This document shows, piece by piece, positions 1 through 11,263 of a stretch of DNA of 59,621 nucleotides. The stretch comes from a phage. Below the pieces are notes generated by a model that was not told where the DNA came from, ran no database searches, and saw nothing but the letters and a program-made list of their open reading frames with translations. The stretch is from the sequence record PZ049713.1; one strand, 5' to 3'. The position numbers and the translations under genes are program-made. The stretch's first letter is position 1. Each line of letters opens with the position of its first letter.

Positions 1-242
1 ATTCCAATATAAGGCAACCATGCCCAAGCTATATGCGATGTGATAAAAGAAATATCCTGGGAACAGCACCGAATAGAAAGATGCCTGACGCGCTTCTCAT
101 ATACCCATCCTTGTAATAACAGCTAAAGAGTCGCTGCTCAGGAAGTCGTGGATTATGCCCGAATGGGGCGACTATCACCACCCGATTGAGACATTCGTTT
201 ACGTCCCGCCAGTCGGGTTTTTTTTCGTCTGAAGGATTACCC

Positions 243-720
243 ATGACCCTCTCTGAAATACGGAGCGCGCCATAGCGCCCGCTCTCGCGCTGCTGCCTGC
301 GCGAATGTCGAGCCGAGAGGCAGAGATCATGCTGCTTGCTATTACTCAGCAGGAAGATCCGGAACAGCGCGCCGCCAGTGGCCGACCGGGCCGGCCCGCG
401 GGCTGCTTCAGTTCGAGCAGGGCGGTGGTGTGCGTGGTGTGCTGAGCCACCCTTCGAGCCGCGACCACGCCCGTCGAGTGTGTGCTGCTCGAGGCGTTGC
501 GCCTGAGCCTGCCGCCGTGTGGGCTGCGCTCGAGCGTGACGACGTGCTGGCGTTCGCCTTCGGCCGGCTTTTGCTATGGACTGACCCGAAGCCTCTGCCA
601 GGCGAGCATGACGCTGCGGGCGGCTGGGATCTGTACCTGCGTACATGGCGCCCTGGAAAACCGCATCCGGATCGCTGGCCAGCCCGATTCGCCGCGGCCG
701 TGCGTGAGGTGATGCGATGA
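243..720 (+). pseudogene. SLT-type endolysin copy, frameshifted
   Basis: ATG at 243 reads MTLSEIRSAP then stop; one G missing relative to the 14364-14843 copy; C-terminal 96 aa intact in another frame (ORF 430-720). Confidence 0.6.
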
Positions 721-1412
721 CCGCCTGGCTGAAGTTCGTGCCCAGCTGGGCCTGGTGGGTGCTGGCTCTGGCTGCCGTGGCCGGCGGGCAGCAGATCCGG
801 GGCGCTATCGGCGCAGTCTGACGCCGCGCAGGCGCAGGCCGATCTGGCCTCCTACCGCACCGAAGTCAGCGAGCGCGACCGCCGCGCTGCGCTGTTCGTC
901 ATTCAGGAAAACCAGCGGCGCCAGGCCGCGACGGAGAAAGCAGATGCAGAGGCACAGGAACAACTGGCTGCGGCGCGTAGCGATGCTGAGCGCGCTGGTA
1001 GTGCTCTTGAGCGGCTCAAGTTGCGCCTCGCAGCATCTGAGCAGCGCAGTCGTGACGCCGGCAATGCCATCACTGCCCAGCTCAGCCAGGCAGCCGAGGA
1101 CGCCGCCAGAGTGCGAGCCGACTTGTTCGGCCGGATTGGAACGGCTGCTCAACTCTATGCCGCTGTCGCCGATGACCGAGGAATAGCTGGGTCGGCGTGT
1201 GAGAAAGCTTATGACGCGGTGAGGGGAATCGAGATTGCCCGGACGGGCTGAGATAGGGGGAACCTCGGGCAATTTTTGGGCAGGGTACGGTTTTTCGAGG
1301 GCCCGTGAGGGCATGCAGCCCAGTAAATACGGGAGCATACCCCGCCAAAACCCCCATTAGAACTGCATGGTGATGTTGGCGGTAGAAATCAAGAGGCTTT
1401 ATCTCGCGGGTT

Positions 1413-2602
1413 TCAGAGGCGTAGCGCTACGCTTGGGCACTTTCGGGCAAACTGCAATTTGCGCATCTCAGCCCAATCGCCTTCGCCGTCGATCCAGCGG
1501 GCATACCGAGACAGCAGAATCTGTATCGAATGGCCGAGCTGCTTGGCGATGAATGCCGGTGTCATTCCGGCCATCAGGCACATGGTTGCGTAGGTGTGGC
1601 GCGCATTGTACGGGGGCCGGTAGCGAATACCCAGCGCCTTTAGCGTCGGTCGCCACTGGTGATGCAGGTCGCTTGTCTGCTGCACGAACTGAGAGTTTTT
1701 GCTTGGCGGGAAGCAGAACGGAAAATCTGTCAGCCGCCCGCTGCCGGCCGCGCGCCGCTCGGCGTACTGCTTGGCGAACAGAAGGGCATGCACTGCCCGA
1801 TCATTCAGCAGCACAAACCTTTCCTTCTTGGTCTTCGTCCGCTCGACGACCTTCTTCTTTGCTACGGACCTGCAGACGTGGACCGTACGCCTCTTCAAAT
1901 CGACCTCTTCCCAGCGAAGGGCAGCGATCTCTCCTAACCGCATGCCGGTATAGAAAGCGAACTCGAAGAACGCAGCGTATATCTGGCTGGGCCAGCGCTC
2001 CGTTTCGTAGAGCCTGGCAATGATCCTGTCCGCCTCATCCTGCGTGAACGGGTCGACCTTCGCTTCCGTCCGCGTCGGTATGTCCAGCGCCTGAATTGGG
2101 TTCTCCGTCAGGAGCCTGTCCGAAACCGCCGACTCGAGAACGGCGTCAGCTTGTTCATGGCGTTCGCCTTCACGCCGTCCGAGGTCCATGGGATTTGAAC
2201 GACTAGCTCGCGCATGAAGGCGGTCGTCAGGTTGGGAAGGAGAGTTGTGGCCAGGTACGGCATCCACCAGACATTGAGCACTGACTTGTAGTTGTCGCGC
2301 GTGCCTTCCGAGATCGATCGGCTGTCGAGCCAGACCTGGGCGTACTGGCCGAACCCGCGCGAAACGCTCGATATGGCGTTCGGCGAGCCCGGAAGAGCTC
2401 GGCATACTTACGCTCGTCGAAGATGCCGTGCTTGATCTGCTGGACTACTTGATCGCGTAGACGGGATGCAGCGGCAATGCCCGCTTGCGTCGGGGAGGGC
2501 GAGGGTTTCTGAGCATCGCTTTCCGTTCCAGCTAAATCGGATGCGGATCGTATCGTTGCGTAGCTCAACTCCGGTGGGCAGTGCCATAGGCTTTCTTGCC
2601 AT
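1413..2602 (-). pseudogene. Tyrosine integrase copy disrupted by frameshifts
   Basis: ORFs 2408-2602 and 1413-2405 together match the N- and C-terminal parts of the intact 393-aa integrase at 12471-13652 but are in different frames with a diverged middle. Confidence 0.75.
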
Positions 2603-2793
2603 TCTTCGTACCTTGATCGGCTGTAGTAGATTCGTCCATTGATGCGATTCCAGACGCCCTCGGGAATCTGGTTCCGGCTTCGCCTGCCTTCTAGGGCTCG
2701 ATCGGTTGTGCCAAGTATCATGGCCATCTGCTGCTCAGTCACCTTGTCGGGGAACCACTCCGGCAGATTCTCTAGTTTCTCTGCGCCCATCCC

Positions 2794-3510
2794 TCACCCC
2801 CTCACCGTTACGCTGGCTGCTTCGATAACTTCAGGCAGCGTGTTCAAGTCCGTCAGCGTGAAATAGCCTTCATCCCGCCAGCCGACAGTGTCGATGTGAA
2901 CGACGTTGCCGAGGATTGCTGGCGTGCGCAGCGGGGTATGGCCGACCACAAGCGCGAGCAGGTCCGGTATCCCGCTTGTGTCGACCATCTCGATTCGAGT
3001 GCGCGACCACATACAGCTGTTCTTGACCAGTTTCAGGCGCTTCGGTGATTCCGGCGCGGTCAGCTCGGCGACCGTCTGAGCCCATGTCGGAAATGGGCAG
3101 TCGGCGTGCACGATGCCAACTAGCCCTGCGTCCGTCTCCAGTTCAATGGCGATCGGCAGCTCACGGAACTGGACGGCGTACTCTGCCTGCTCGTCGCTGT
3201 TGAGCGACAGGAACCAGCCGCCGCCGTTGATGAGCCAGTTGCCCAGCTCGCAGCTGTCGTACCGGCACACGTAGTCGTCGTGGTTGCCGCGCACCGGGTG
3301 GAACCAGGGCTTTGCCAGCCACTCCAGCGCCATGTCACATTCAGGGCCGCGATCAACCAGATCGCCAACCGAGAACAGACGATCGACTGCCGGGTCAAAG
3401 CCGATCCCGTCGAGCGCCTGCTGCAGCTTCGTAAAGCATCCGTGAATGTCGCCCACGGCAAAGTCACGGCCCGCCGTGTTCTTGGCGAACCGCTTGATGA
3501 GTTCGGGCAT
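2794..3510 (-). CDS. Ser/Thr metallophosphatase (duplicate of 11563-12279)
   Basis: 238 aa identical to the 11563-12279 product; motifs GDIHG, GDLVDRG, GNHD. Confidence 0.7.
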   Translation of the reverse strand: MPELIKRFAKNTAGRDFAVGDIHGCFTKLQQALDGIGFDPAVDRLFSVGDLVDRGPECDMALEWLAKPWFHPVRGNHDDYVCRYDSCELGNWLINGGGWFLSLNSDEQAEYAVQFRELPIAIELETDAGLVGIVHADCPFPTWAQTVAELTAPESPKRLKLVKNSCMWSRTRIEMVDTSGIPDLLALVVGHTPLRTPAILGNVVHIDTVGWRDEGYFTLTDLNTLPEVIEAASVTVRG

Positions 3511-3807
3511 GCTCTATCTCCTGCTGCGTGTGGGGTTAGGCGAGCTGAGCCGGCGCCCATCCTTTGATCTTGTCGACGGCTATCGACTTGCGTGTTTGGG
3601 CGTCGTACCACATGAAGAAGCACTCATTTCCCATGAAGACTAATGAGGTTGTGGCTGCGCGCGTCCTGCCGTCTTTAAGGAAAAGCTGAATCGGCTTACC
3701 GGCAGGCGGCGGCTCGGTAACGGGTCGCATGAATGGAATTACAGGCACGAGCAAATCCTCCCCGCCGACTCTCGCCGGCAGACTGTGGGTTTGGGTGGGG
3801 TTAGGGG

Positions 3808-4476
3808 TCAGTACGGAATGCACTCTAAGCAGTTGCCGGTCCAGCCTTTCGCTCCACAGCCCGAGCAGACGTGTTCAGGCTCGGCCTCCTTCGCAGCCAT
3901 GGCGGCGCCATTCAGCTCCCCGACAACCTCGCACGCAATTGCGAATGCGTCATCGCCAAGCCGTGTTGCCCGCATGATTCTGTTCATGCCATCGATCAGT
4001 TGTTCGCGCTCGTCAATGACCGTCTTTACACGTAGCGGTATGTCGGCATATCCGTACCGAGTAAGCTCCGGCTCAGGCCCTCGGAGTGCCACTGCTGTCT
4101 TGCTCAGTAGGCCCGACAGCTTATCGCGCAGAGCGTCCAGCTCTGTCACTTCCTCCAGCAGCCTATCCCGCTCGGCGGTCACGGCTGATAGGGCGGTTAG
4201 CGGGACCAGCTGGCGAAGCTCATAGTCATCGCGACGCCGAAGTATTTCCAAGGTCCGCTCATCAGCGGATTGCCAACAGCTCGGGCCTTCGTCTGGGCAA
4301 ACGTATCGTTGCTGCCAAGCCACCACCTCGACCCCTTCCGCCTCTGCGGGCTGTTCAAGAATGGCGCGCAAATCTTCCGCCACCGAACCTTCAACGCAGC
4401 CACCACCTGGCGCGTGCACCTCAAGCCATGTCGCCGCGCTGTCCAACAGCTCCCGATCAACCAATACCTTGCTCAT
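3808..4476 (-). CDS. Hypothetical protein (duplicate of 10595-11263)
   Basis: 222 aa, 1 aa different (V/I) from the 10595-11263 product; C-terminal CSGC...CLEC cysteine pairs. Confidence 0.5.
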   Translation of the reverse strand: MSKVLVDRELLDSAATWLEVHAPGGGCVEGSVAEDLRAILEQPAEAEGVEVVAWQQRYVCPDEGPSCWQSADERTLEILRRRDDYELRQLVPLTALSAVTAERDRLLEEVTELDALRDKLSGLLSKTAVALRGPEPELTRYGYADIPLRVKTVIDEREQLIDGMNRIMRATRLGDDAFAIACEVVGELNGAAMAAKEAEPEHVCSGCGAKGWTGNCLECIPY

Positions 4477-7467
4477 TCCACTGCCTCCAATGCCTTAGCC
4501 GGGTAAATCTGCACGCTGTTGCGATGGGCGCTGCTCTCGACTGCGTAGCCCTCTGGTGTCAGTTCCGTGGAGTAGGTGCCGCAGATATGGCCTTCCCACT
4601 CGCTGCCGGTGGACTTCTTCACGAGGTCGCCCATGCGGAACTTGCCTTGCGGGGCGGTCTGCGCGGAGCGGGTGAGTGACGCCGCGATGCGTTCGTGCTG
4701 GGCGACGGTCATATACTCCCCGTCGTCATCATCGGTCATATACGCCTCAACCTCAGAGGCGCGCCCGCAATGCGGCACGCTGGTCATCGGGCTGAACCGC
4801 TCCACCGCCTCCCGCTCATCCTGCGCCGGGCTGGCTCGTCGCCCTCCAGCTCTGCCGCTAGCTCGGGATTGCACACTGAGCAACCATCGCCAACCGTGCG
4901 CTCTCGCATCGTGCAGCGGCATTCCGACTCGGCCTGCTGGGATAGGGCGTCCTGATCCGTCCAGCCAGCGTGATCATGGAAAGGTGCAGGCCGCAGCCAT
5001 CGCCGTAGTGTTCGGCTTGGCAATCGACCACCTGCTGCGACGACCCGCGCATCGCTTCGTTCTCCGCCTTCGCAGCCCCCAGCTCAGCGCCGATTCGCCC
5101 GGCTACCTTCAGTGTGTCGTTCATTGCTCAATCTCCTTGATTGTGGCCAGCGGCAGCCCGCTCATTGCCAGCGGCTCGTCGTAGCAGACGCCCATCATCT
5201 CGGGCCATTTACGCGGCTCGCCCGGGTTTGATGGCGCCCTGGTATATGCCGGTCCCATGCCAGCCGATGCCGGATGACCTCGATACAAGTCCCACGCAAT
5301 GCCATCCTCGCGGCGCTTCGTGGCCTCCGGCATCAGTGTGCAGCCAGGCGCTGGATCTCGTGCCGCGTGGCGTGGACCTGCTCCCAGTCGCGCCGGTCGT
5401 AGAACCCGGCAGCCGCTCAATGGCGTGATCTGATCTGGCCGATCTTGATGCGTGCCAGTAGCTCACAGGCCTCTTGCAGCTCGGCGGCCTGGCGCTCGAG
5501 TTACGTGTGATGGTGTAGGTGCGCATTGGCGCCTCCTCGGCGGCTCCGGTGGGCGGCAGCGGAAACAGGGCGCATGGCCGATCCGCTTCCGTCTGTGCGG
5601 CAGAAGATTGGTGCGTTCACAGCGGCAGCGACCTGCACCGCAAGGCATTCGGCCTCGCCGTGGGGTGATGCAAGCCGATTCACTCGATCGCGCCACTCGT
5701 CCATCGACTCCCTGTGTCAGGGTGGCGGCCCGGCTTGTGGCATTCGGGCTGGAGAGGGCAGGCGCTGCAGCTGCTGCGGGACTTGAAGTTGTAGTGCTGG
5801 CGGCAGAGGGCCTTGGCGGTGTCGGATAGCTGGGTCACGGAGCAGATCCTTCGTAGCGGCTCACGCGGCGCAATGCGCGGCTCGACGTCGATGAACCGGA
5901 GCCTCGGAAGTCGCCATCGGTAGCGCGGCGACTGTCCACCTCAAGGCGCGCCGTGGCGTTAACCTCGGCCGCGACCTCGGCTACAGCCTTCGCTTGTCTC
6001 AATCGAGTAGGCTGCCGGCCAGCACGCCCTCCATCGTCTTGCCGAGGCATGGCGCGCAGATCACTGAGGTTGTTCATGGTGCTCTCCAGTTTGTCGAGCT
6101 TCCGCTCGAACCAGCCGAGCGTTATGGCTGCCTGGCGACCCTCGGGCGGATAGCGTTCGATTGAGTTGCGGCGCATGTCTTGTGCGGGTGACTAGCTCGA
6201 GGTTGTCGATTCCAGATGTTGGCGGGGTTGCGATCCTTGAAGACGAGGAAGTGCCCAGCCGGCACTGGGCCGCTGTGCCTTCCCACAACATCACGTGGAC
6301 CGGGCGCCAGTCAGTGCGCTTGTTGCCGGTGTCCGCCACCTTGCGGTAGAGGATGCCGCCCTTGTCGGTGCGCTCCGCTCCGATGGGGCGCCAGGTGTTC
6401 GATGGTCGGTGACCCAGCTTGAACTGCGTGTCCTTGGCCCGGCCTCCTGCCTGCCATCCTTTGCGGCCAGAGTTCCATGTCTGGTGGCCAGGCTTGAACC
6501 TGCCGCAGCCTGTGATTTCCTTGAACTCATCCGGTCGCGTTAGCTCCGAGTTTCGACACGCGATCGTGAATCGAGCCAGTGCCGCGCCCCATCAAGGCTG
6601 CTATCTCGGTGATGGGGCTTGGTGGCATAACAGTTCTGCCAGTGTTGCTGTCCTCTGCCGGCGTCCAGTGCCGGTATTCCGTGCGCCTCCTGCCGGCCAG
6701 TGGGCTCATTTCTTCCGTCTCCCGTGCGTTGTGGCTGTCCAGCCCGGCGCTGGCTACTTGGTTGCCGTGGTCAGCTATCAGGCTGTCGATCAGGGCGCCC
6801 ATGTAGGCGACTAGGCCAGTGACTGTTTCACCACGGGCCATCGCGCTGTGGGTGTGCTTCTCGCCGTTGGGCAGCACGAACCACGCGCTGGCGTTCCAGC
6901 TCGGAAGGGCGCCGAGGCTCAGTGCCGCGAACTACTGGCCGCGACACTCGGTTGTCGATTGAATAGAGCGTCACGATGCAGCTCATGGCTGGCACACCTC
7001 CAGCAGTGCCGCGTCGCTCAGATCACCAAGCGGCGCAGCGATGTATTGAGCAAGCGCGTAGACGCCCCACGGCTTGCCAGCGATTTCCGCCCGGTACGCC
7101 GCGTGACGGATGGCGTCGAGCACGTCGGGGAATCTCATGGCCACTCCTGCCGCAGCACGTCGTTCTGCTTGGCCTGCGGAGTGCCGCGCTTGCGCAGAGG
7201 GAGGCTGTTCGATACGGCAGAGTTGCGGGCGCCACGCTTGCGGCTGCGCTGGTCCGCCTCCGCGTTTCCGGCGTTGTTGAAGACGGCAGGCTTGATCTCT
7301 ATCGGCTTGCCGATGCTGTCGGGCAGCAGCTGGATCTTTCCGCCAGCGCTCAGGAATGCAGCCGGGCCGCGTCATCTGCGCGCGCGGAGCCTCGCCCTGC
7401 GCGACGGCATGGTTGTCGATGAGCGTGGGTGCGTACCGGGGAGGGGGCGGTGGCGCCGGGTGGATCA

Positions 7468-7603
7468 GATCAGCAGCAAGGGCAGCCGCAGCAACAGCGT
7501 CAAGGCCAGCCACAACGCAGCCAGCAGGCGGCGCCTCCAGCCTATGATGACGATGTGCCATTCGCCAACCCCTACTGCGGCGCCCGCTCGCTGCTGATCT
7601 GAT
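7468..7603 (+). other. 3' fragment of the 58480-58818 gene, truncated at the inversion junction
   Basis: 7468 onward is collinear with 58684 onward (Gln-rich C-terminus ...DQQQGQPQQQRQ...); sequence immediately upstream of 7468 is inverted-copy DNA. Confidence 0.8.
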
Positions 7604-7646
7604 CCACCCCGGGCGCCCAGCGCGCCCTCCTCCCCGGTACACACCC

Positions 7647-7940
7647 ATGCTCATAGACAACCATGCCATAGCGCAGGGCGAGGCTCTGCGCGCGCAAATT
7701 GACGCGGCCACGGCTGCATTCCTGAACGCTGGCGGAAAGATCCAGCTGCTGCCCGACAGCATCGGCAAGCCGATAGAGATCAAGCCTGCCGTCTTCAACA
7801 ACGCCGGAAACGCGGAGGCGGACCAGCGCAGCCGCAAGCGTGGCGCCCGCAACTCTGCCGTATCGAACAGCCTCCCTCTGCGCAAGCGCGGCACTCCGCA
7901 GGCCAAGCAGAACGACGTGCTGCGGCAGGAGTGGCCATGA
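7647..7940 (+). CDS. Hypothetical early protein
   Basis: 97-aa ORF; identical copy at 58863-59156; stop overlaps next start (ATGA). Confidence 0.45.
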   Translation: MLIDNHAIAQGEALRAQIDAATAAFLNAGGKIQLLPDSIGKPIEIKPAVFNNAGNAEADQRSRKRGARNSAVSNSLPLRKRGTPQAKQNDVLRQEWP

Positions 7941-8092
7941 GATTCCCCGACGTGCTCGACGCCATCCGTCACGCGGCGTACCGGGCGGAAATCACTGGCA
8001 AGCCGTGGGGCGTCTACGCGCTTGCTCAATACATCGCTGCGCCGCTTGGTGATCTGAGCGACGCGGCACTGCTGGAGGTGTGCCAGCCATGA
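7937..8092 (+). CDS. Hypothetical small protein (51 aa)
   Basis: Not in ORF track (below 60 aa); ATG 7937 overlaps upstream stop, TGA 8090-8092 overlaps next ATG; reads MRFPDVLDAIRHAAYRAEITGKPWGVYALAQYIAAPLGDLSDAALLEVCQP. Confidence 0.4.
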   Translation: MRFPDVLDAIRHAAYRAEITGKPWGVYALAQYIAAPLGDLSDAALLEVCQP

Positions 8093-8367
8093 GCTGCATC
8101 GTGACGCTCTATTCAATCGACAACCGAGTGTCGCGGCCAGTAGTTCGCGGCACTGAGCCTCGGCGCCCTTCCGACTGGAACGCCAGCGCGTGGTTCGTGC
8201 TGCCCAACGGCGAGAAGCACACCCACAGCGCGATGGCCCGTGGTGAAACAGTCACTGGCCTAGTCGCCTACATGGGCGCCCTGATCGACAGCCTGATAGC
8301 TGACCACGGCAACCAAGTAGCCAGCGCCGGCTGGACGGCCACAACGCACGGGAGACGGAAGAAATGA
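8089..8367 (+). CDS. Hypothetical early protein
   Basis: ORF-track frame 8080-8367; ATG at 8089 overlaps upstream stop. Confidence 0.4.
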   Translation: MSCIVTLYSIDNRVSRPVVRGTEPRRPSDWNASAWFVLPNGEKHTHSAMARGETVTGLVAYMGALIDSLIADHGNQVASAGWTATTHGRRKK

Positions 8368-9011
8368 GCCCACTGGCCGGCAGGAGGCGCACGGAATACC
8401 GGCACTGGACGCCGGCAGAGGACGCAACACTGGCAGAACTGTATGCCACCAAGCCCATCACCGAGATAGCAGCCTTGATGGGGCGCGGCACTGGCTCGAT
8501 TCACAATCGCGTGTCGAAACTCGGACTGACGCGACCGGATGAGTTCAAGGAAATCACAGGCTGCGGCAGGTTCAAGCCTGGCCACCAGACATGGAACTCT
8601 GGCCGCAAAGGATGGCAGGCAGGAGGCCGGGCCAAGGACACGCAGTTCAAGCTGGGTCACCGACCATCGAACACCTGGCGCCCCATCGGAGCGGAGCGCA
8701 CCGACAAGGGCGGCATCCTCTACCGCAAGGTGGCGGACACCGGCAACAAGCGCACTGACTGGCGCCCGGTCCACGTGATGTTGTGGGAAGAGCACAGCGG
8801 CCCAGTGCCGGCTGGGCACTTCCTCGTCTTCAAGGATCGCAACCCCGCCAACATCTCAATCGACAACCTCGAGCTAGTCACCCGCGCAGAGAACATGCGC
8901 CGCAACTCAATCGAACGCTATCCGCCCGAGTATCGCCAGGCAGCCATAACGCTCGGCTGGTTCAAGCGGAAGCTCAACAAACTGGAGCAGCACCATGAAC
9001 AACCTCAGTGA
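8364..9011 (+). CDS. HNH endonuclease (HNH_3-like) with N-terminal Myb/SANT-like HTH
   Basis: 215 aa; C-terminal ...HFLVFKDRNPANISIDNLELVTRAEN... resembles the HNH_3 core. Confidence 0.6.
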   Translation: MSPLAGRRRTEYRHWTPAEDATLAELYATKPITEIAALMGRGTGSIHNRVSKLGLTRPDEFKEITGCGRFKPGHQTWNSGRKGWQAGGRAKDTQFKLGHRPSNTWRPIGAERTDKGGILYRKVADTGNKRTDWRPVHVMLWEEHSGPVPAGHFLVFKDRNPANISIDNLELVTRAENMRRNSIERYPPEYRQAAITLGWFKRKLNKLEQHHEQPQ

Positions 9012-9234
9012 TCTGCGCGCCATCCTCGGCAAGACGATGGAGGGCGTGCTGGCCGGCACCTACTCGATTGAACAAGCGAAGGCTGTAGCCCAGGTCGCGG
9101 CCGAAGTTAACGCCACGGCGCGCCTTGAGGTGGACATGGCCCGCGCTACCGATGGCGACTTCCGAGGCTCCGGTTTCATCGACGTCGAGCCGCGCATTGC
9201 GCCGCGTGAGCCGCTACGGAGGATTGCTCCGTGA
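8995..9234 (+). CDS. Hypothetical early protein
   Basis: 79-aa ORF in operon orientation. Confidence 0.35.
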   Translation: MNNLSDLRAILGKTMEGVLAGTYSIEQAKAVAQVAAEVNATARLEVDMARATDGDFRGSGFIDVEPRIAPREPLRRIAP

Positions 9235-9452
9235 CCGAGCTATCCGACACCGCCAAGGCCATCTGCGCCCAGCACTACAACTTCAAGTCCCGCAGCAGCT
9301 GCAACGCCTGCCCTCTCCAGCCCGAATGCCACAAGCCGGCCGCCACCCTGACACAGGAGTCGATGGACGAGTGGCGCGATCGAGTGAATCGGCTTGCATT
9401 ACCCCACGGCGAGGCCGAATGCCTTGCGGTGCAGGAGTCGCTGCCGCTGTGA
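9231..9452 (+). CDS. Hypothetical Cys-rich small protein
   Basis: 73 aa; GTG start overlapping upstream stop; CNACPLQPEC motif. Confidence 0.35.
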   Translation: MTELSDTAKAICAQHYNFKSRSSCNACPLQPECHKPAATLTQESMDEWRDRVNRLALPHGEAECLAVQESLPL

Positions 9453-9543
9453 ACGCACCAATCTTCTGCCGCACAGACGGAAAGCGGATCGGCCAATGCG
9501 CCTGTTTCCGCTGCCGCCCACCGGAGCCGCCCAAGGAGGCGCC

Positions 9544-9948
9544 ATGCGCACCTACACCATCACCGTAACCGAGCGCCAGGCCGCCGAGCTGCAAGAGGCC
9601 TGTGAGCTACTGGCACGCATCAAGATCGGCCAGATCGATCACGCCATTGAGCGGCTGCCGGGCTTCTACGACCGGCGCGACTGGGAGCAGGTCCACGCCA
9701 CGCGGCACGAGATCCAGCGCCTGGCTAACACACTGATGCCGGAGGCCACGAAGCGCCGCGAGGATGGCATTGCGTGGGACTTGTATCAGGTCATCCGGCA
9801 TCGGCTGGCATGGGACCGGGCATATGACCAGGGCGCCATCAAACCCGGCGAGCCGCGTAAATGGCCCGAGATGATGGGCGTCTGCTACGACGAGCCGCTG
9901 GCAATGAGCGGGCTGCCGCTGGCCACAATCAAGGAGATTGAGCAATGA
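9544..9948 (+). CDS. Hypothetical early protein
   Basis: ATG at 9544 preceded by AAGGAGG; in frame with ORF-track 9394-9948. Confidence 0.45.
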   Translation: MRTYTITVTERQAAELQEACELLARIKIGQIDHAIERLPGFYDRRDWEQVHATRHEIQRLANTLMPEATKRREDGIAWDLYQVIRHRLAWDRAYDQGAIKPGEPRKWPEMMGVCYDEPLAMSGLPLATIKEIEQ

Positions 9949-10598
9949 ACGACACACTGAAGGTAGCCGGGCGAATCGGCGCTGAGCTGGGGGCTGCGAA
10001 GGCGGAGAACGAAGCGATGCGCGGGTTGTTGCAGCAGGTGGTCGATTGCCAAGCCGAACACTACGGCGATGGCTGCGGCCTGCACCTTTCCATGATCACG
10101 CTGGCTGGACGGATTAAGGACGCCCTATCCCAGCAGGCCGAGTCGGAATGCCGCTGCACGATGCGAGAGCGCACGGTTGGCGATGGTTGCTCAGTGTGCA
10201 ATCCCGAGCTAGCGGCAGAGCTGGAGGGCGACGAGCCAGCCCCGGCGCAGGATGAGCGGGAGGCGGTGGAGCGGTTCAGCCCGATGACCAGCGTGCCGCA
10301 TTGCGGGCGCGCCTCTGAGGTTGAGGCGTATATGACCGATGATGACGACGGGGAGTATATGACCGTCGCCCAGCACGAACGCATCGCGGCGTCACTCACC
10401 CGCTCCGCGCAGACCGCCCCGCAAGGCAAGTTCCGCATGGGCGACCTCGTGAAGAAGTCCACCGGCAGCGAGTGGGAAGGCCATATCTGCGGCACCTACT
10501 CCACGGAACTGACACCAGAGGGCTACGCAGTCGAGAGCAGCGCCCATCGCAACAGCGTGCAGATTTACCCGGCTAAGGCATTGGAGGCAGTGGAATGA
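9945..10598 (+). CDS. Hypothetical protein, Cys-rich
   Basis: 217 aa; ATGA overlap with upstream gene. Confidence 0.45.
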   Translation: MNDTLKVAGRIGAELGAAKAENEAMRGLLQQVVDCQAEHYGDGCGLHLSMITLAGRIKDALSQQAESECRCTMRERTVGDGCSVCNPELAAELEGDEPAPAQDEREAVERFSPMTSVPHCGRASEVEAYMTDDDDGEYMTVAQHERIAASLTRSAQTAPQGKFRMGDLVKKSTGSEWEGHICGTYSTELTPEGYAVESSAHRNSVQIYPAKALEAVE

Positions 10599-11263
10599 GC
10601 AAGGTATTGGTTGATCGGGAGCTGTTGGACAGCGCGGCGACATGGCTTGAGGTGCACGCGCCAGGTGGTGGCTGCGTTGAAGGTTCGGTGGCGGAAGATT
10701 TGCGCGCCATTCTTGAACAGCCCGCAGAGGCGGAAGGGGTCGAGGTGGTGGCTTGGCAGCAACGATACATTTGCCCAGACGAAGGCCCGAGCTGTTGGCA
10801 ATCCGCTGATGAGCGGACCTTGGAAATACTTCGGCGTCGCGATGACTATGAGCTTCGCCAGCTGGTCCCGCTAACCGCCCTATCAGCCGTGACCGCCGAG
10901 CGGGATAGGCTGCTGGAGGAAGTGACAGAGCTGGACGCTCTGCGCGATAAGCTGTCGGGCCTACTGAGCAAGACAGCAGTGGCACTCCGAGGGCCTGAGC
11001 CGGAGCTTACTCGGTACGGATATGCCGACATACCGCTACGTGTAAAGACGGTCATTGACGAGCGCGAACAACTGATCGATGGCATGAACAGAATCATGCG
11101 GGCAACACGGCTTGGCGATGACGCATTCGCAATTGCGTGCGAGGTTGTCGGGGAGCTGAATGGCGCCGCCATGGCTGCGAAGGAGGCCGAGCCTGAACAC
11201 GTCTGCTCGGGCTGTGGAGCGAAAGGCTGGACCGGCAACTGCTTAGAGTGCATTCCGTACTAA
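10595..11263 (+). CDS. Hypothetical protein with C-terminal CxxC...CxxC
   Basis: 222 aa; ATGA overlap with upstream gene. Confidence 0.45.
   Translation: MSKVLVDRELLDSAATWLEVHAPGGGCVEGSVAEDLRAILEQPAEAEGVEVVAWQQRYICPDEGPSCWQSADERTLEILRRRDDYELRQLVPLTALSAVTAERDRLLEEVTELDALRDKLSGLLSKTAVALRGPEPELTRYGYADIPLRVKTVIDEREQLIDGMNRIMRATRLGDDAFAIACEVVGELNGAAMAAKEAEPEHVCSGCGAKGWTGNCLECIPY

Larger units (their letters stand above)
1..7467. repeat. Inverted degenerate copy of 7604-15083 (partial second phage copy or assembly foldback)
   Basis: ORF-track proteins on opposite strands are mirror duplicates: 2794-3510(-) identical to 11563-12279(+); 3808-4476(-) vs 10595-11263(+) differ by 1 aa. First ~220 nt are reverse complement of ~14860-15083. 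Other segments carry dense single-base indels that break reading frames. Confidence 0.9.

Noticed and set aside
6983-8116. 377-aa minus-strand ORF spanning the inversion junction
   Set aside because: It is antisense to the coupled plus-strand early genes and its N-terminal half is mirrored by the plus-strand ORF 6848-7597; it is a product of the inverted repeat and GC-rich antisense frames, not a gene.
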